64,000 nt of DNA from Lama glama (GCA_028534125.1 CM052816.1:40488001-40552000), one strand, 5' to 3'; positions 12,960-27,522 are shown, counted from the first letter of the stretch. Made by a program: numbers and translations. The notes: generated by a model not told the origin, from the letters alone.

Positions 12960-13170
12960 TTTCCCTCTTTTCCAACTTGGTGCAACTGGAAAGTCCCCAG
13001 GGGATGGTGGAACCCCTAGTTGAAAATAACATCAATCTCTAAGTTACCTCCTAGTAAAGAACCACTCAGTGTTTTATAGCACCTCTTTTGGACTGTTACA
13101 TGGATAAATAATTATCTTTTGTTTTATTTGAGATATTGTACACTTTTGAGGCATTTTCTTATAATAATTC
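12960..13170 (+). mobile_element. Old MLT1 (MaLR) LTR 3' fragment
   Basis: 'ggactgttacatggataaataattatcttttgttttatttgag' resembles the MLT1 poly(A) and U5 region. Confidence 0.45.
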
Positions 13171-14329
13171 TGCCTATTCAGATGAACACTGCATCTTTTT
13201 GGCTGAGGTGAGATTTCCTTACAAGTCCTGGCTGTTTGAGTCTGTGTCTGTAGTCCTAGTTACCAGCATCTGGCCTTCTAAGAGGACTTCATCTGAGAAA
13301 CATTCCTATCTGTTTTCTGATTACTGTCCTGATTCTTAAATGACAGTCTCACCATACATCTTGCATACTCCTGACTGTGTTCTGATAACTGATTAATGGT
13401 CTGCTTATACTTTAATAGCTGTGCACCTCTTGACTTTTTAGCTAGACTCTAATTCTAAACTCCGCAGTATATGCAAACTTCAGGGACTGTCTTCTGTCTA
13501 GTCAGTTCTTACATCTGGCTTATGTATTCTGCCTGTCCTCACAGTCTGGTTTTCCCAACTTGTCTTGGATTAAGAATTGGTGTATAAAGTCCTGTTGGAA
13601 GATTTACAATGCTAGTAGCTAAGCTGGGCTAAGTTTCTCTTAGAGTGTTATCTCTGGCCATATGAAGGTGCAGAGAAGGACTTAGAATTCTGCTTATTAC
13701 TAAGAGGATAAGCTTTCAAGTCAAGTCACCTGTTTTTCAGCCTTGGCATCATAATTTAACTGACCTAGGGGGTTTCCTGACTTATTACCGTAACTTTGAT
13801 AAATATCTGAGTTTTATTATTTGAAAAATGTTGTTTTTTCCATTATAGTGGGATCACCTTCTTACCTTGTGTCCAGAAAACTGTGTCTAGAAAACTGCTT
13901 TAGGCATTCAAGAAATATTTGTTAAAAGATTTCAATTGGTATGCAAGGTCTCCTTCAGCTCAGCATTCTTAAATATATTTAATTTGAGCCATTCTAATAA
14001 TTTTTAATATTATTCCCCTTTTAAGTATAGTGTTTACCAACTCTAATATCTTAATCATTAAGTATTTGGAAAAAATAATGCATAGTAATGAGTAATACAA
14101 GAATTGGAAATGCACATTTCTATTGATAATTCTCAGAATATTATATATCTCTAGTGAATGTTCCTAAATGTTTAAATGAAATAATGTGTGTAAAACTCCT
14201 TAGAAATTGATTGGCATGTAATTGGTACTTGTTAGAAAGTAGGCTAACTTACAGAGCAAAAAAAAAAAAAAGCCAAACCAACACACATAAATAAACAAAA
14301 ACATGTCCATAAAATGGTTAGAAAGTAAC

Positions 14330-14614
14330 AGAATTTTATTCCTAATCCTGCACGATTAACATTGGCATTCTGCGTCACCCTAAAAATCACCGCTGTTCTA
14401 GCTACTAAGAGAAACAAAAGATCATGAAAGAGTTTCTGGAAGAGGTTTTTATGGTCTAGGCCTGGAACAGGTGTCTATTACTTCCCACATTCTGCTGGCT
14501 GTCAGTTCTGTGTCCACAAGTAAATCTAGTGGAGTCTTGGAATTATAGTCCAACTTTTTCTAGGAAAAAGAGAAGCTCCTGGATTTCGGAAAGTAGCTAA
14601 CAGTCTCTACCACA
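14330..14614 (-). mobile_element. Old MLT1 (MLT1J/K-like) LTR fragment
   Basis: 'ggcctggaacaggtgtctattacttcccacattctgctggctg' and terminus 'aacagtctctaccaca'. Confidence 0.6.
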
Positions 14615-15099
14615 AAAATCTTGTCTCTAGTTCACTTTCTAGTGATTCCTGCTCCACAGAAAATTAGTCTAATTAATTTGCATTTACTAACCTTAGATTT
14701 GTCACAGAGTTCACAGCATGTGGATATAATAATCAAAGGTAGAGTTATTTAAGCAAATTAATATTGTAAACAATAATGCTCTCCACTTCATTAAGAACCT
14801 ATCAATATATAGTATTTTAATTATGGTAATCAAATTATTAATGAGAGATATTTTAAGCAAGTCTTCCATTTTTATTGTTTAACAATTTCCAATCATTGTA
14901 GACAATTTAAAGTTATACAATACTTTTTAAAAACTTTTAAAATCTTTTTTTAATTTTGATGAGAGAGTCTTCTGCTTTTGTAGCAGTGTTACTAAAAAAT
15001 GCATGTCTAGGTGGAATTTCAATTTAGCTGAGAAATGAATTATTTAGTAAGAGTTGCAAGCACAAGTGGTTAGTCATGTGGAAGAAAATACAATTTGAC

Positions 15100-15960
15100 C
15101 ATTAAGTTAGACATATTCAGGAATGAAGTTTGATTGAGTAGACTTAAATTTAAAACAGAACTTAGAGGAAACACTTGGAGAAAAATTCTATCTATGTTAA
15201 AAAATTAAAAAAATAAATCTAAGAGAAGGTATTTTTATAGAAAAGCATACTATTAAAAAAAGTAAATTAAAAGATTGATGGAGAAAATATTGCAACTCTA
15301 GGTCAGATGAATAGTTTATATTTTTTATGTACCAGTCTTTAGAATTAATGAAATAAAACCAAACTCAAAAGATATTTGATGGAAACAGAACTAAAAAAGG
15401 TGTTCTCAGAACAGCAAATATAATTGACCAACAATCATAAAATCATACTACATAACAATAATAGAGAATTGCATTGTAAAGTTAGACATCTCTTTTTCAC
15501 TTCTTAGAGTTTCTAAAATTTAACTGTGAAAATATTTAGAGCATTAGTGCTTTAATGCATTGTGGATGAAATTATGAATAGGTGCAGATATTTTTGGATT
15601 ATCAGACATGATTTATTAAATCGAAAGATGCTTGTACTCTGACACAGAAATCATTCTCATAAGATTCTATCCTATGTAAATTAAGCTACCAATATGTAAT
15701 ACTGTAGGAACAGACATATTTATTACAGCATAGTTTCTAATGCAAAGAAACTGAGAACAATCTGAATAGGGGATAATTGAGTATAATGTGCCAAACCATA
15801 GAATACTCTGTAGTGAAGGAAACGAGTTAGAGCTGTCTCATATTTTTTCAGAAGGGTTGCAGTGATGTATGTTTTAAATGTGAAAACAGAGATGCAGAGA
15901 GTTGTGTATAAAATAAATTGTTTTTAAAAAAAATAAGTGCTAATACATTTCCACTAAATG
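15100..15960 (+). mobile_element. Ancient L1 (L1ME-like) ORF2 3' end and UTR
   Basis: A-rich, with L1 ORF2 C-terminal echoes: 'gatggagaaaatattgcaac', 'tgacacagaaatcattctcataagattctatccta', 'tttattacagcatagtttctaatgcaaagaaactg'. Confidence 0.65.
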
Positions 15961-16071
15961 CATAGTTCAGTATGTACATATCTAAATTATTATACTGTAT
16001 TGTGGGCAGACTGGACCCGTAAGTAGCAAATTAAGTAAGAAATAAAAAGTTAGATTCATGTTAAAATCTGT

Positions 16072-16674
16072 TGTATTAATTTTCTGCTGCTGCATAAGAA
16101 ATCACTTCAAAATGAGTGTCTTAAAATATCACAGTTTTATTATCTCACAGATTCTGTGGTTCAGTAATTTGGGTGTGGGTTAGCAAGGTCCTCTGCCTAG
16201 AGTCTCAGGCTGCAGTCAAGTTTTGGCTGGTGCTGTGCTGCCTTCTGGTGCTCGAGGTAATTTTTGAAGGCTGTGGTGTGGTTACTGACAGAATTCAATC
16301 CCTTGTGGTTAAAGACTAAGGTTTCTTTCTCTTTTTAAGCTGAGATCTCTCCCAGGTTCTAGCTGTGCCCGTATTTCCTTACCATGTGTCCTCATAGGCA
16401 GCTTACATCATGGGCACAGTTTGATCCTTCTTTAGGGCCAGCAGAATAGAGTCTCTCTGAAGCTTCACTTTCCTTCAAAGAATTTGCCTTGTTAGATTAG
16501 CCCCACCCAAGTTTTCTCCTGCTTCAACCAAAGTCAACTGATTAGTATCTTAATTGCAGAAGTGATATCCCATCACATTAACTAGTCTTGTTTACACTCT
16601 AGGGGAGGGGATTAGAGAAGGTATGCATACCAGGGGGCAAGCATCCTGAAGGCCATCTTATTCAGCTTACTACA
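16072..16674 (-). mobile_element. MLT1 (MLT1E/F-like) solo LTR
   Basis: Starts tgtattaattttctgctgctgcataagaaatcac...ttattatctcacagattctgtgg and ends ggccatcttattcagcttactaca; TG...CA termini. Confidence 0.82.
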
Positions 16675-19182
16675 ACCACCCAAGGCAAAAAACAAGTTAA
16701 AATGATATGACCCAACTTTTATAGTGGTGCATATATATGCATATATAGATTTAAAAAATACATGAAAGAAAAGAGCCATAAAATGCCATTGGTAATTGTT
16801 TTGGGGTGAGACTTTTCTTATTTTTCAGCTAATTGTTAACATTTTCCCCTAAGCTTTTCTGTATAATCTGAACTTTTATTTTGCTTTATGAAGAGCATAT
16901 AGTATTTATATAATCAGAAATAAGGTAGTTATTTTTATTATTAAGGATAGAAAATAGCTTACGTTTGGGCTATGAACAGATATTTTAGGAAGACATCTAA
17001 TGAGTATAAATGGGAATATTTTGTGTAACATCCTTTGGGTAAGTTTTTTTCTAAATGTACACTTAAACTTTCTAATATTCTAGAATAAAATGAGGCACCA
17101 GGATTTTTACTAAGTGCTACACCTAAGGAATGATGTGAAATGTAAAAGACAACAGAAGATATTTAGAAGTATCCTTAGGGGACTTATGTAATAGGATTGC
17201 CATGCTGCTGAATGATTACTAAATATCCTGAAGCATAGTAAAAACAACAACAGCAACACTAATACAATCAAATGGGGGTACATACAATTGTACAACTTAC
17301 CAAAGGATGCTACACAATTAGTGTCAAGCAATTTTACAATCAAGTCACATACAGCAATAATGATATTTAAATAAGGATTAAATCATGAAGACAAGCTCTT
17401 TCGAAGGTTAATTTCTCAGTAACTCTCTACTTAGTCATTGCTTTAGCCAGACTCAATTATAGAAAGGAATATGAACATCTCTGATTATAGTCCAGGAAGA
17501 CAGATCTACTAACAAAAGAGCGTTAACTTTATATATATGAAAGAAAGATGGGACAAGCAAGTCCTGTCATAGAAATAGCAGAATAACTTATTTTTATAAT
17601 ACAATATCTCTCCCTTTCCTTATTTTCTTTTAGAGCTTCTCATAAGTATTGGACCAGTTGATTAAAGAAAGATCTTGAAGTCAAGATTGCTGAGATTGAA
17701 TTCAAACTCAGACTTTATTGATATGTTTAATCTTGATTTAAGGTCCTATTCTAATATGTAGAATATTCCTGCCTGCATCATTCTGAGAAAAATCTCTTGC
17801 AAGAATTTATCAATCATAAAATAATAAGGAGGAAATTTAGATGGAGAAAGGAAAATAAATGCATATATTAATGCACTTTAAAAATATCTTTGTTTTGGGA
17901 GGTAGAATAACTCTATTTTATACTCTTCATTTTCTCCATCATCTGCTTACATCTTACCTCAAAGGATAATCAAGAAGCAAGAAGTTAAAGGAAGAACAGA
18001 GGAGCATTAGCAAAAATGGTTTAGCACATTTCAAAAATACATTTAAATGTGTGTTCTTAATCTTCATTTGTAAAATAAGCAAGAATAGTTTATGTAATAC
18101 AAATCAGCAGCTAACATGTACACTTTTTAAAAAAAAACATGAATGCTATCATATTCAGAAAGATATATACTCATATAGTCATTTTCTATGAGCCTGTCCT
18201 GGAACCTCCTAGAATGACAGTATTTTTAGAAAACCAGAGCACAAAACTAGAGATAAAGAACAAATATTAAGTAAACAGAGGTGGCAAAAAGGTATTAACA
18301 TTTTAAGAATTCATGGTAATGACATACCCTCACTCTGGATAACACTATTTTATTAGTGAGTTTATATCTAGAAAGTTATATTAATTATTTAGAATTTCAG
18401 AATAATAAATAATAACACTGTGAGATAATAATTCTACCTACCTTCTAAGTTATTCATAATATCCATAATCTGGTCCAGTAATTAGTGTATAAACCAAATA
18501 TTTATGGCTATGTTAGAGAAAACAGCCCTTTATTTTCTACATGCTATTCAGGAAAGAGGTGCTATTTTCTGATGAGTTTAAAGAATTTTTGTATGTTTTT
18601 ACTGTTTCCTTATCCAAACTTAAAAAAAGCAAACCCAGAAATATTTAAAGATTTTCAAAATTATTAGACAGTTTGATACCATGGTTTTGTTTTCAAGCTA
18701 TAATTTGTTTATGATAGTAATACTTTTTACTGATAAATATTCAGAATGTTCTTTTTGAATCTAACCCTGCTCTTGATAAGGCCAAAAACTACACAGTTAA
18801 CTCAGAAAGTTGAAATTATTTTATACAGCTTCATGATTCTTTAATGATATGACAGAGCATCTCTGGGCCGGCCTGAACTTGCAGCAGGGAGCAGTGGTTA
18901 AGGCTGCTCATGGAGAAGTCTTTCAGGCCTAAAGCCACTACATGGACAATTCTCCTTTAATGCCTTAAGAATCTTTCTGAAGAACATGAATGTTATACTG
19001 CAGCATATATGGAAGCCACCAGTTCAAGGGGAGTAAATATTGATTAGAACCAGGAGCAAAAATCTAATTCTGAATGAGAACATGGTAGAGAAACCTGACA
19101 AAAGAGTCCCTCAGTTGGCGATGTAAGGTCCTTTACTACATTTTGTCCCCATCAGTGTGCAGTGTGATACAAAGAGCTAGGT

Positions 19183-19931
19183 TTTAACCGAGCAGGACCC
19201 TATTGTCATCAGTGACCATCTGATCTGTAATGGTGTTAGTAATTGTTTAATGATTTAATGGTTTAAAGGGTTTTTCTCATACTATTCCAGGTTTAGGCTG
19301 GAAAGGAGGGAGGCTTCTGTGGTCTGCCCAGCCCCCTTGCGGTGTTGGTGCTGCATGCAGGGATTGTGCTTAGTGCCCTTCTTTTGCCCCCAGTGCGTGG
19401 CTCTTGACTCCAGTGACCTCTTGAACCCTTGTGGTTTCCTCCTATCTTGTTGTTCAAACTGCAGTCCTCAGCTTACAGCAGGAGGTCCCGGGCTCAGCCT
19501 GCTTAAAAGGTTAAAAGCATTTATCACCTGACTTTAGACTGCAGAAGTTTTTTTCTGGAGCTCTTTTCCACGGAGCCCCTTCCTATGCATCCTTTGTTTT
19601 AGGTACAAAACTGTTGAGATAGTCCCAAAGCTGGAGGTGAGCTTCATACTCAGCAGAGGAAAAGGGAACTCTGCAAAAACAAGAATAACTTTTGTTACCC
19701 TGTATGCGATCTCCATGGAAACTAGCTCCACCCCTTGAATTCTTGAACTTTTACTATAACTCCCCTCCCCCGCCTTCTCTTCCCAGTAGGCTCACCGTCT
19801 TAGGGGCATTAGCCCACTGTGACCTCCCTTGCCTGGCAAAGAAATAAAGTTGTCTTTTCTGCTTCATCCAAAACTCTGTCCTCTGGTCTCAAATTCGATA
19901 AGCAGGGTATGGAGGCCCTGTTTCGGCAACA
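19183..19931 (+). mobile_element. ERV1-type solo LTR, possibly with an internal insert (~19204-19556)
   Basis: 3' part has AATAAA ('ggcaaagaaataaagttgtc') and ends tttcggcaaca. Putative 5' end 'taaccgagcaggaccctat'. ggtt occurs on both flanks. The 3' part is homologous to the minus-strand LTR at 59021. Confidence 0.7.
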
Positions 19932-22234
19932 GGTTGATGGTCTAGATTAATCTCATATGAGGCTGTGGGAATATGGGTTAAAAGCTTTGAGTGTCCTTTA
20001 ATCTTTCCTACAATTTATAGTGACTTCTTTAAAATTTTGCTATTGCAAACTGTATCATGGTAGTAAGTGCAAAGTAGTATGAGTTTCTTGTGAGTTCAGG
20101 AGCACGTATCTAGTTTAGTGCTCAATTAAGTGTGAATTTGCATTATTTTTCACATAATCAATACTAAGTGATAATAAGCTTTATACATACTATAATAAGA
20201 ACACCATAAATTTGTAATAATTTTATTTTTCTCATGAATTTTTCACTCTAACAAGATAAACTGTCCCTGGTAATCCTCACAAATGGCAAGTTATCAAACT
20301 TTACTCTAAATACTTAGATGGAATGTGACAGTGATTCACTATTTATATGCCTGTCCAGTGCAGTTTTTATTTCTGGGTATGTTTCAGGGAGAATACCAGA
20401 AAGAGTAAGTCTGATGACTGTCTTTGTAATTATGTTTCTAATCTTGCTTCCTATATCTCTGTGAGCAAGATTAAAATGTGAGTTATGGAATTGAAAACAA
20501 AAAGAATAAATGAAAGGAAATAAGTTGTAATTACCACATTGCTGTTTCCCTCTGAGAGGTGTTTTTGGAGTCTTTGCATCTCTGAGACTAGATTTTAAAT
20601 TTTGTTTATGATGCTTTGTAATCAGCATAGTCCCCTAGAGAGCAGAAACTATCTCAGGCAGAGTGCTCTTCATCTTTTATGAGCAATGGTTTGATACCAA
20701 TGACTCTCTCACCCCTTGCTTTATCTTACCTTAGTGAACGGTCTCCTGGCTACTGTCATCTTATAAAATGGAAGCACAATCCATTTGCTTTACCACATAA
20801 GCCATCCTTGAAATTCAGTCAGAGTTCTTTATGCTGCTTGTACCTCATTTAGGCCAAGATGTGGAGGAGCATAAAACTAAAAACTTAGCTTGAGGCACAG
20901 GCAGAATGGATTTCAGTTTTTTAAGGAATTAGAAATTGCTTTGGGATAGATGGATTTTACCCAGACAGGAAATAAATGTCCTCAAAGAAGAACTTGCTGG
21001 TAGAGGGAGTGAGTGTAAAGTAGGAGAATGCTGGGAGAAGGAACAAGCACACAGAGAATGAAAATGACGAAGAGGTGTATATGAAAAGCCACTAGGAAGG
21101 AGTATTATGAAAGTGTGCATACTAAAACAAGAAGCAAATGCAGCGCTAGCAGTCTCAAGAAAATACTGAGTATGTATCTGGCCAGACCTGCAATGGGAAA
21201 TAAATTTGAGAAAGGCAGTTATTGAGTATGTATACAGAACAAAATAAGGCCATAAAATATATAAGGTTTGGAATCACATGCACTTTGTTACAAGTGTGAG
21301 ATTGTGAGGGTAACTTAAATTTGACGGAAAATAAATAACTGGAGTATCAATATAACAAAATATAAGCTGCTTTGCAAATACTCAGAGAGGTAGTGAGAAA
21401 ATAGAACTCAAAAGAACACATACTCTTCCCATGGCTATTACTTTTATATAAGAAAGTATATCATACATACACTTTATGCTCAATTGATTGCCTTACTGAA
21501 TACAGACTGAAGTTAAATTATATTAGTATTCTTGGTCAAGGTTAGACAGTAAAAAGAACCAATGTCCTAAGTATGCTTTTAATAGTGCTGCATTTTTAGT
21601 ACTTCTTAAATGTACACTATAATTTTTCTTTTCCTGTGACTGTGAATATTTGTTTTCTCTTCTTTCTCTTCTCCATCTCCCTCCCTCCTCCCTTTATTTC
21701 CTTTATTGTCATTGTGACCTATTTCTCCCATTGTGAAATATCACAATCACAGCTACTTTTCCATGGTGCTCAGCTGTCTCTCGTCTATCCATGTATTTAT
21801 TTGTCTACCTATTGCTTTTCATATTCTAATTCTGCTTGTCATTTTTCACATCCTATATCCACAAGCAATACATATACATACAAAGATATTTATTTATTAT
21901 TTTGAAATTCTGTCTGTTCCAGGGCAGGCTGAGAGGCTTTTAAAGCTCTTTCTGTAAAGAATTTAAGGAGATTTGGGGAATTTCTGGGTTCCCTGAAGTT
22001 ATCTTGTGACTGAGACCTTACTCTAATTTACCACTCTCTATGTAGTGTTTGTCCACAAAAGGACAAGCTTGTTTAGAGGACTATCAAGTAGGTTGGCTGA
22101 TTTTCTGGTCACACTACACTTTCTAATTTCCTGATAGTAGATCTTTAAGAGTCATCCATGGAAAGTTGTATTGAGTGCTTTCTTTAGGTAAGAAAGTGAA
22201 AAAATATATATATAAATACAATTTTTTTTGGTCT

Positions 22235-22460
22235 AACATAGTAAAATCTTGGTTGCAGCTTCTAATCCACCATTTTGTATTTGTCTGAATGAGGCAAATA
22301 ACTTAACCCCTCTGAGCTTTTGATTTCCTCATATGTAAAATAGAACATATAATTAAAAACTGCCTTGAATTATTTTTGACAAAATAATAAATCTAAGTGT
22401 TCAATACAGTGCCTGACATATAAAAATTACTCAGTGAAAGTTAGGTATTACTGTCATTAT
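22235..22460 (+). mobile_element. MIR SINE
   Basis: Core 'ggcaaataacttaacccctctgagcttttgatttcctcatatgtaaaatag' and tail 'acagtgcctgacatataaaaattactcagtgaaagttaggtattac'. Confidence 0.75.
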
Positions 22461-23701
22461 TATAAGACAATGATATGCATATATATACTTACAGAGATAG
22501 ATATAATTATAAAGTGGTTGATACTAAAATTTCAGAATAGTTCACCTAACACAAGAGTAAAGGAGATAACGAGATGGTTTGTAGATGTTGGAGGAAGGCT
22601 CTCTAGACAGGGTAAATGGAACTGGTACAGTAGGAGCAGAAAATGGAAGACATTAACAGAAGTACAAGGTGGACAGTGCCAAAGAAACTGAATTTAACAT
22701 ACTGTGATTCTAGAAGAATGAGTATGTAGGGTGCTTTGGTTTTGTAGCTTACTTTGTTGCTTTAGATAAATTAAGTTTTGAATATAGTAATTGTATGGAT
22801 CCTGACAATCTTGAATTTCTATTTGGGATATATTCCAGCTGGAATATCTTGTAGCATGTTTGAGAATGTGTTTTGCCTGGAAGACAGATGAAACAATTCC
22901 CTAATAGTTGCAACAGTAAGATTTTAATTTTTTAAAATAATTTTTAGTCTGATGATATCTCTCCAAACAGGCTGTTCTTCTTTGTACTATTGAACACCCC
23001 CCAAATTAAGGGAAAGATCACATTTAAGCTTTTCCTTACCATTATTTTTTTCTGTCTTCTTGAAACTCTCCAAGACATGTCCTGCGGTTTTATTGAACTT
23101 CATTATGTTGTGAAAGGTGATCTTTCTCAGAAGTGAGAATCAAGAACAAAATGCTGAGTGTTGGCAAATTTTTGGATTTTTATAATCTTGTCAGAGATGA
23201 AAGACACTGTTGAGAAAAGATGTGAGCAGCATTTCAGCAACTACCAAGAGACTTTTTGTTTCTTTAGTTATATGAAAAAAACTTTTTTGTTTCTTCAGAG
23301 CAATAATAATAGCATATACCAGTATTCCTCCAAACTCCAGATTTTAAAAGTTCAGAAATTTGTTTCTTTGTCGTTTGCACTCTTGTGTTACATTAGTTGC
23401 AAAAGCCTTCAAGTTGAAAGCAAACTGAGAAGTATTGATTCAACCCAGGTTTAGAGACTGTAGCTCAGAAAAATAAAATCATGATTGTATTGTACATCTC
23501 TCTTATAAAGCAACTTTCTTTCTTGAACCAATGTACTTTCTAAAACTTGTTTGAAATAATTCTTAATACAGACTTCATAGACTGCTTTTCTAAAAATGAA
23601 GACACACTGTATTACACTGAATAGATTATTAATGTTTAAGTAGAATATTAAATTTTTTTAGCAATTTGTATTTTATTTTAAAATAAAAGTGCTTTCTAGA
23701 A

Positions 23702-23814
23702 TACGTGGTGATCCAGGTGCACCAGTTTACCTGAGTCTTGGGAGGTTTCCAGGACTGGGTTTTGAGTACTCAAACAGGATAGTCCAAGGTAAACTTGGAT
23801 AGTTGATTACTATA
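23702..23814. mobile_element. MER81-like hAT-Blackjack MITE
   Basis: ~113 bp with degenerate inverted termini (gtggtgatc...gttgattactata) and internal 'ccagtttacctgag...ggtttccaggac...aaacaggatagtccaaggtaaacttggatagttg', matching recalled MER81. Confidence 0.65.
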
Positions 23815-25066
23815 AATGTATCACACAGAAAAACAGGTATACAAAAATAGATGAACATTTTCAAATGGCCTGTATCTGTCATATAACCACACTTAAAATT
23901 CAACCAACAGAAATTAGATTCCTAGAAATGATTAAATACATTCTGACTATTATTTCTTCACAAATATATTTGTATAAAGAACAAATACTGTTGGAGTATC
24001 TATGGTCATATTCAAATGAAATATATATGCACCAAGGAACTCACCATTTAGTATTAATGATACTATTCATAAACTTCTTGCTATTTTAATTAAGATGAGA
24101 TCATAATTGCATTTTATGTCAGATTAAAAGGGAAAACAAATAACTGTAATATGAAACTGAGAAGATGGATATCACATATAATAAAGGAAAAAAAGAAGTA
24201 AAGAAAAATAGAGTTAAAAATCTATGCTTTTTCTGTTTATCTCTAAAGTATTTCATTTCAAAAGTCCATTAACATTTAAGGTAGCAATTTAGGAAAACCC
24301 AAGACAATCAGGTGCTAATCTAGGATAATTGGTTTCAGCTGGAATATTGATTGAACCGTATCGTATTTGTAGTCAAATACTTTGCATCATTTATGAGCAT
24401 TAGCTCGTAAGCATTTTATGTATTGCTTCAACTATATTAACAAGGGAAAGCACACTAACAGCAGTAAACAGAAGGTTAGGAAGTTCTCTGAAATTCATTT
24501 GGGACAGACTTTTTCATATATAAAAACTTTAAATCTCCCCTTGACATCAATTATGTATTTAGATATTGCTCCATTTCCTTGCTTTCCATCATAGCAAAGC
24601 TTCATATATGTATAGTTCATGTTTTTCATCTCTAAATTCTCACATATCATATTATTCCAATGTATATACTTATTTATATTTTTAGCAGTAATTTTTTCCA
24701 GTGTGCTCAAAATACATAACAAAATGCCCACTAACATTTTAACTACTTTGTTGTCAAGGTGTCTCAAGCATAATGAGGAAACATACAACATTTGATTCCG
24801 TCGATGCCGTTCTTCCACAATTCAGTAGCATATATCATCAAACCACCCACCAACTGAACTCAAAATCCAAGAGGCGTATTTGTTTCCTCTCTTGCCTCTT
24901 GCCTTATAGTACTTTTCACTCCTAGAATATTGTATAGTACTTAGTGGAGCTCAACAAATAATTTTTAAATCTCTTAATAAATATTTAATTACATTTAGAA
25001 ACACATAAAAGAGAAGTTGAAAACCATTCTGTATCAAGCACCTCCTCTGGGTAAGAAATTTTACAC

Positions 25067-26840
25067 TTCATTTTATTTTTTATTGAAGTTTAATTGCTTT
25101 ACAGTATTATATTAGTTTCAGGTATACAACATAGTGATTCACTATCTTTATAGATTAAACTCTATATAGTTATTTTAACATATTGGCTGTATTCCCTTTT
25201 CTGTACATTAAGTCTTTGTAACATATTTATTTTATACCTGATAGTTTGTATTTCTCAATCTTTTTCACCTCTTTTGCCCCTCCTCCACTCCCCTGATAAC
25301 TGCAAGATTATTCTCTGTAAATCTGGTTTTGTTTTGTTATATTCATTCATTTGTTTTATTTTTTGGATTCCACATATAAGTGAAAATATACCCTATTTGT
25401 CTTTTTCTGTCTGATTTGTTTAACTAAACATGATATCCTCCAGGTCCATCCATGTTGTCAGAAGTGGCAAGATTTCATTCTCTTTTATAACTGAAAAGAG
25501 ATATGACTAATATGTAATATGTATTATGTTATACATATAATATTCCATTGTATAGGTATACCACATCTTCTTTATCCATTTATCTCTTAGGTTGTATCAA
25601 TATCTTGGCTGTTACAAATAATGCTGCAGTGGACATTGGAGTGCATGTGTCTTTTTGGAGTTAGTGTTTTCATTTTCTTTGAATAAATACCCAGGAGTGG
25701 AATTTCTAGATTGAACGGTAGTTCTATTTTGAATTTTTTGAAGCCCTCCCTACCCCCCTACCCCCATGCTGTTTTTCATAGTGGTTGCACCAATTTACAT
25801 TCTCACCAACAGTGTACTAGGGGTCTTTTCTTCCACATCCTCTCAAACACTTTCTATTTGTTGTCTTTTTGATAATAGCTATTCTGACAGGTATGAAGTG
25901 ATGTCCCATTGTGGTTTTGATTTGCATTTCCCTGATGATTAGCGATGCTGAACATCTTCTCATGTGCTTGTTGGCCATCTGTATGTCTTCTTTGAAAAAA
26001 TGCCTGTTCACTTCCTCTTCCCATTCTTCTAGTTGAATTGTTTGTTTTTTTAATAATAAGTTATATGAATTCTTTATATATTTTGGATATTAACTCAATA
26101 TACATATCATTTACAAATATCTTCTCCCATTCAGCATTTTGTTTTGCTGATGGTTTCCTTTGCTGTAAAAAAGCTTTTAAGTTTGATTAGGTCCCATTTA
26201 TTTATTTTTGCTTTTGTTTCCCTTGTCTGAAGAGACATATCCAAAAAAATATTGCTAAGACCGGTGTCAGAGAGCAAACTGCATATATTTTCTTCTAGAA
26301 GTTTTATAGTTTTAGCTCGTCCATTTAGGTCCTAATCCACTGTCAGTTTATTTTTGTATATGTTGTGAGAAAATATTCTTATTCTTTTGCATGTACCTGT
26401 CCAGTTTTCCCAGTACCACTTACTGAAGAGGCTATCTTTTTCCCCATTGTATATTCTTGCCTCCTTTGTCATAGATTAACTGACCATATGTGGGTGGGTT
26501 TGCTTCTGGGCTTTGTATTCTGTTCTATGTGTTGATCTATGTGTTTATGTTTGTGCCAATATCATACTGTTTTAATTACTGTAGCTTTTTTATATAGTTT
26601 GAAATCAGGATGTGTGATACCTCCAGCTTTGTTCTTTTTTTCCCTCATAATTGCTTGACTATTTGGGTTCTTTTGTGATTCTACACAAATTTTAGAATTA
26701 TTTGTTATAATTTTGGGGAAAATGTTATGAGTGATTTGATAGAGATTGTAATAAATCGGTAGACTGCTTTGGGTAGTATGGACATTTTAACAACATTAAT
26801 TCTTCCAACCCATAAACGCCAGATATCTTTCCATTTATTT
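25067..26840 (-). mobile_element. 5'-truncated L1 (ORF2 C-terminus, 3' UTR, poly(A))
   Basis: Poly-T start; ORF track 25817-26011 (-) [35 protein letters not shown] is canonical L1 ORF2. Confidence 0.95.
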
Positions 26841-27051
26841 GGATTAGTGACCTTATAAAAAGAGGCCCAAGCAATCTCCCTTACTCTCTTCTGCCGTCTG
26901 TGAATACAAGAAGTCTGAAATCCAGAAGTTCCTCACCACACCATGCTGACACTCAGACTTTCAGCCTCCAAATCTGTGAGAAAAAAATTTCTGTTGCTTC
27001 TAAGCTAGTCAGTCTGTCATATTTTTTCATAGTAGCCCAAACAGACTAAGC
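26841..27051 (+). mobile_element. MLT1A-like LTR, 3' half
   Basis: 'ggattagtgaccttataaaaagaggccc...gactttcagcctccaaatctgtgagaaaaaaatttctgttg...tagcccaaacagactaag'. Confidence 0.82.
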
Positions 27052-27159
27052 AAATGATTTCTAAATGAGTAATAGGAACGTATGTAATCAGTGAATAGAG
27101 TGTTAAGGGTGATGCTAGCCAGTAGAGGGAAAGAGAATATTGTGCTTCCTAAGGTGCTG

Positions 27160-27330
27160 TGTTCTTCCCAAGCAGCCAGTGCATATCACTGTTATAACAC
27201 CTTCCATAATAATGTATTGCAGTCTTTGTTTACTTGTCTGTACTCCAGTTAGACTGTAGTATTCCTGAGAGTAGACAAGAATCTTTTTCTAGCATCAACT
27301 TAGCGCAAATGTGTTTTCAGAAAGAATGCC
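27160..27330 (+). mobile_element. L2 3' fragment
   Basis: 'ttgtttacttgtctgtactccagttagactgtagtattcctgagagtagac'. Confidence 0.55.
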
Positions 27331-27520
27331 TTTTTAAGAAAAGAAACGTGAGGTCCGATGGAAGCAAAGTAGAAGGGATAGAGGGAGGAAAAGCAAGGAA
27401 GAGTATATCCATGACAACCAAAGACTACTCTTGAAAATTTTACATCCAGTTGTTCTGAGGTATTCTACTGTGGTGATGGCTCTTTTAAGGTGACATGGCC
27501 CTTAACCTGCACCTCTTTCC

Positions 27521-27522
<2 letters not shown>

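Noticed and set aside
20388..20404. Plus-strand 17-nt micro-exon candidate (tttcag|GGAGAATACCAGAAAGA|gtaagt)
   Set aside because: The pyrimidine tract is interrupted, the length shifts frame and there are no supporting neighbouring exons; plausible by chance.
22830..22847. 18-bp perfect palindrome atattccagctggaatat
   Set aside because: A 9-bp-arm palindrome is not unexpected by chance in 64 kb of AT-rich DNA.
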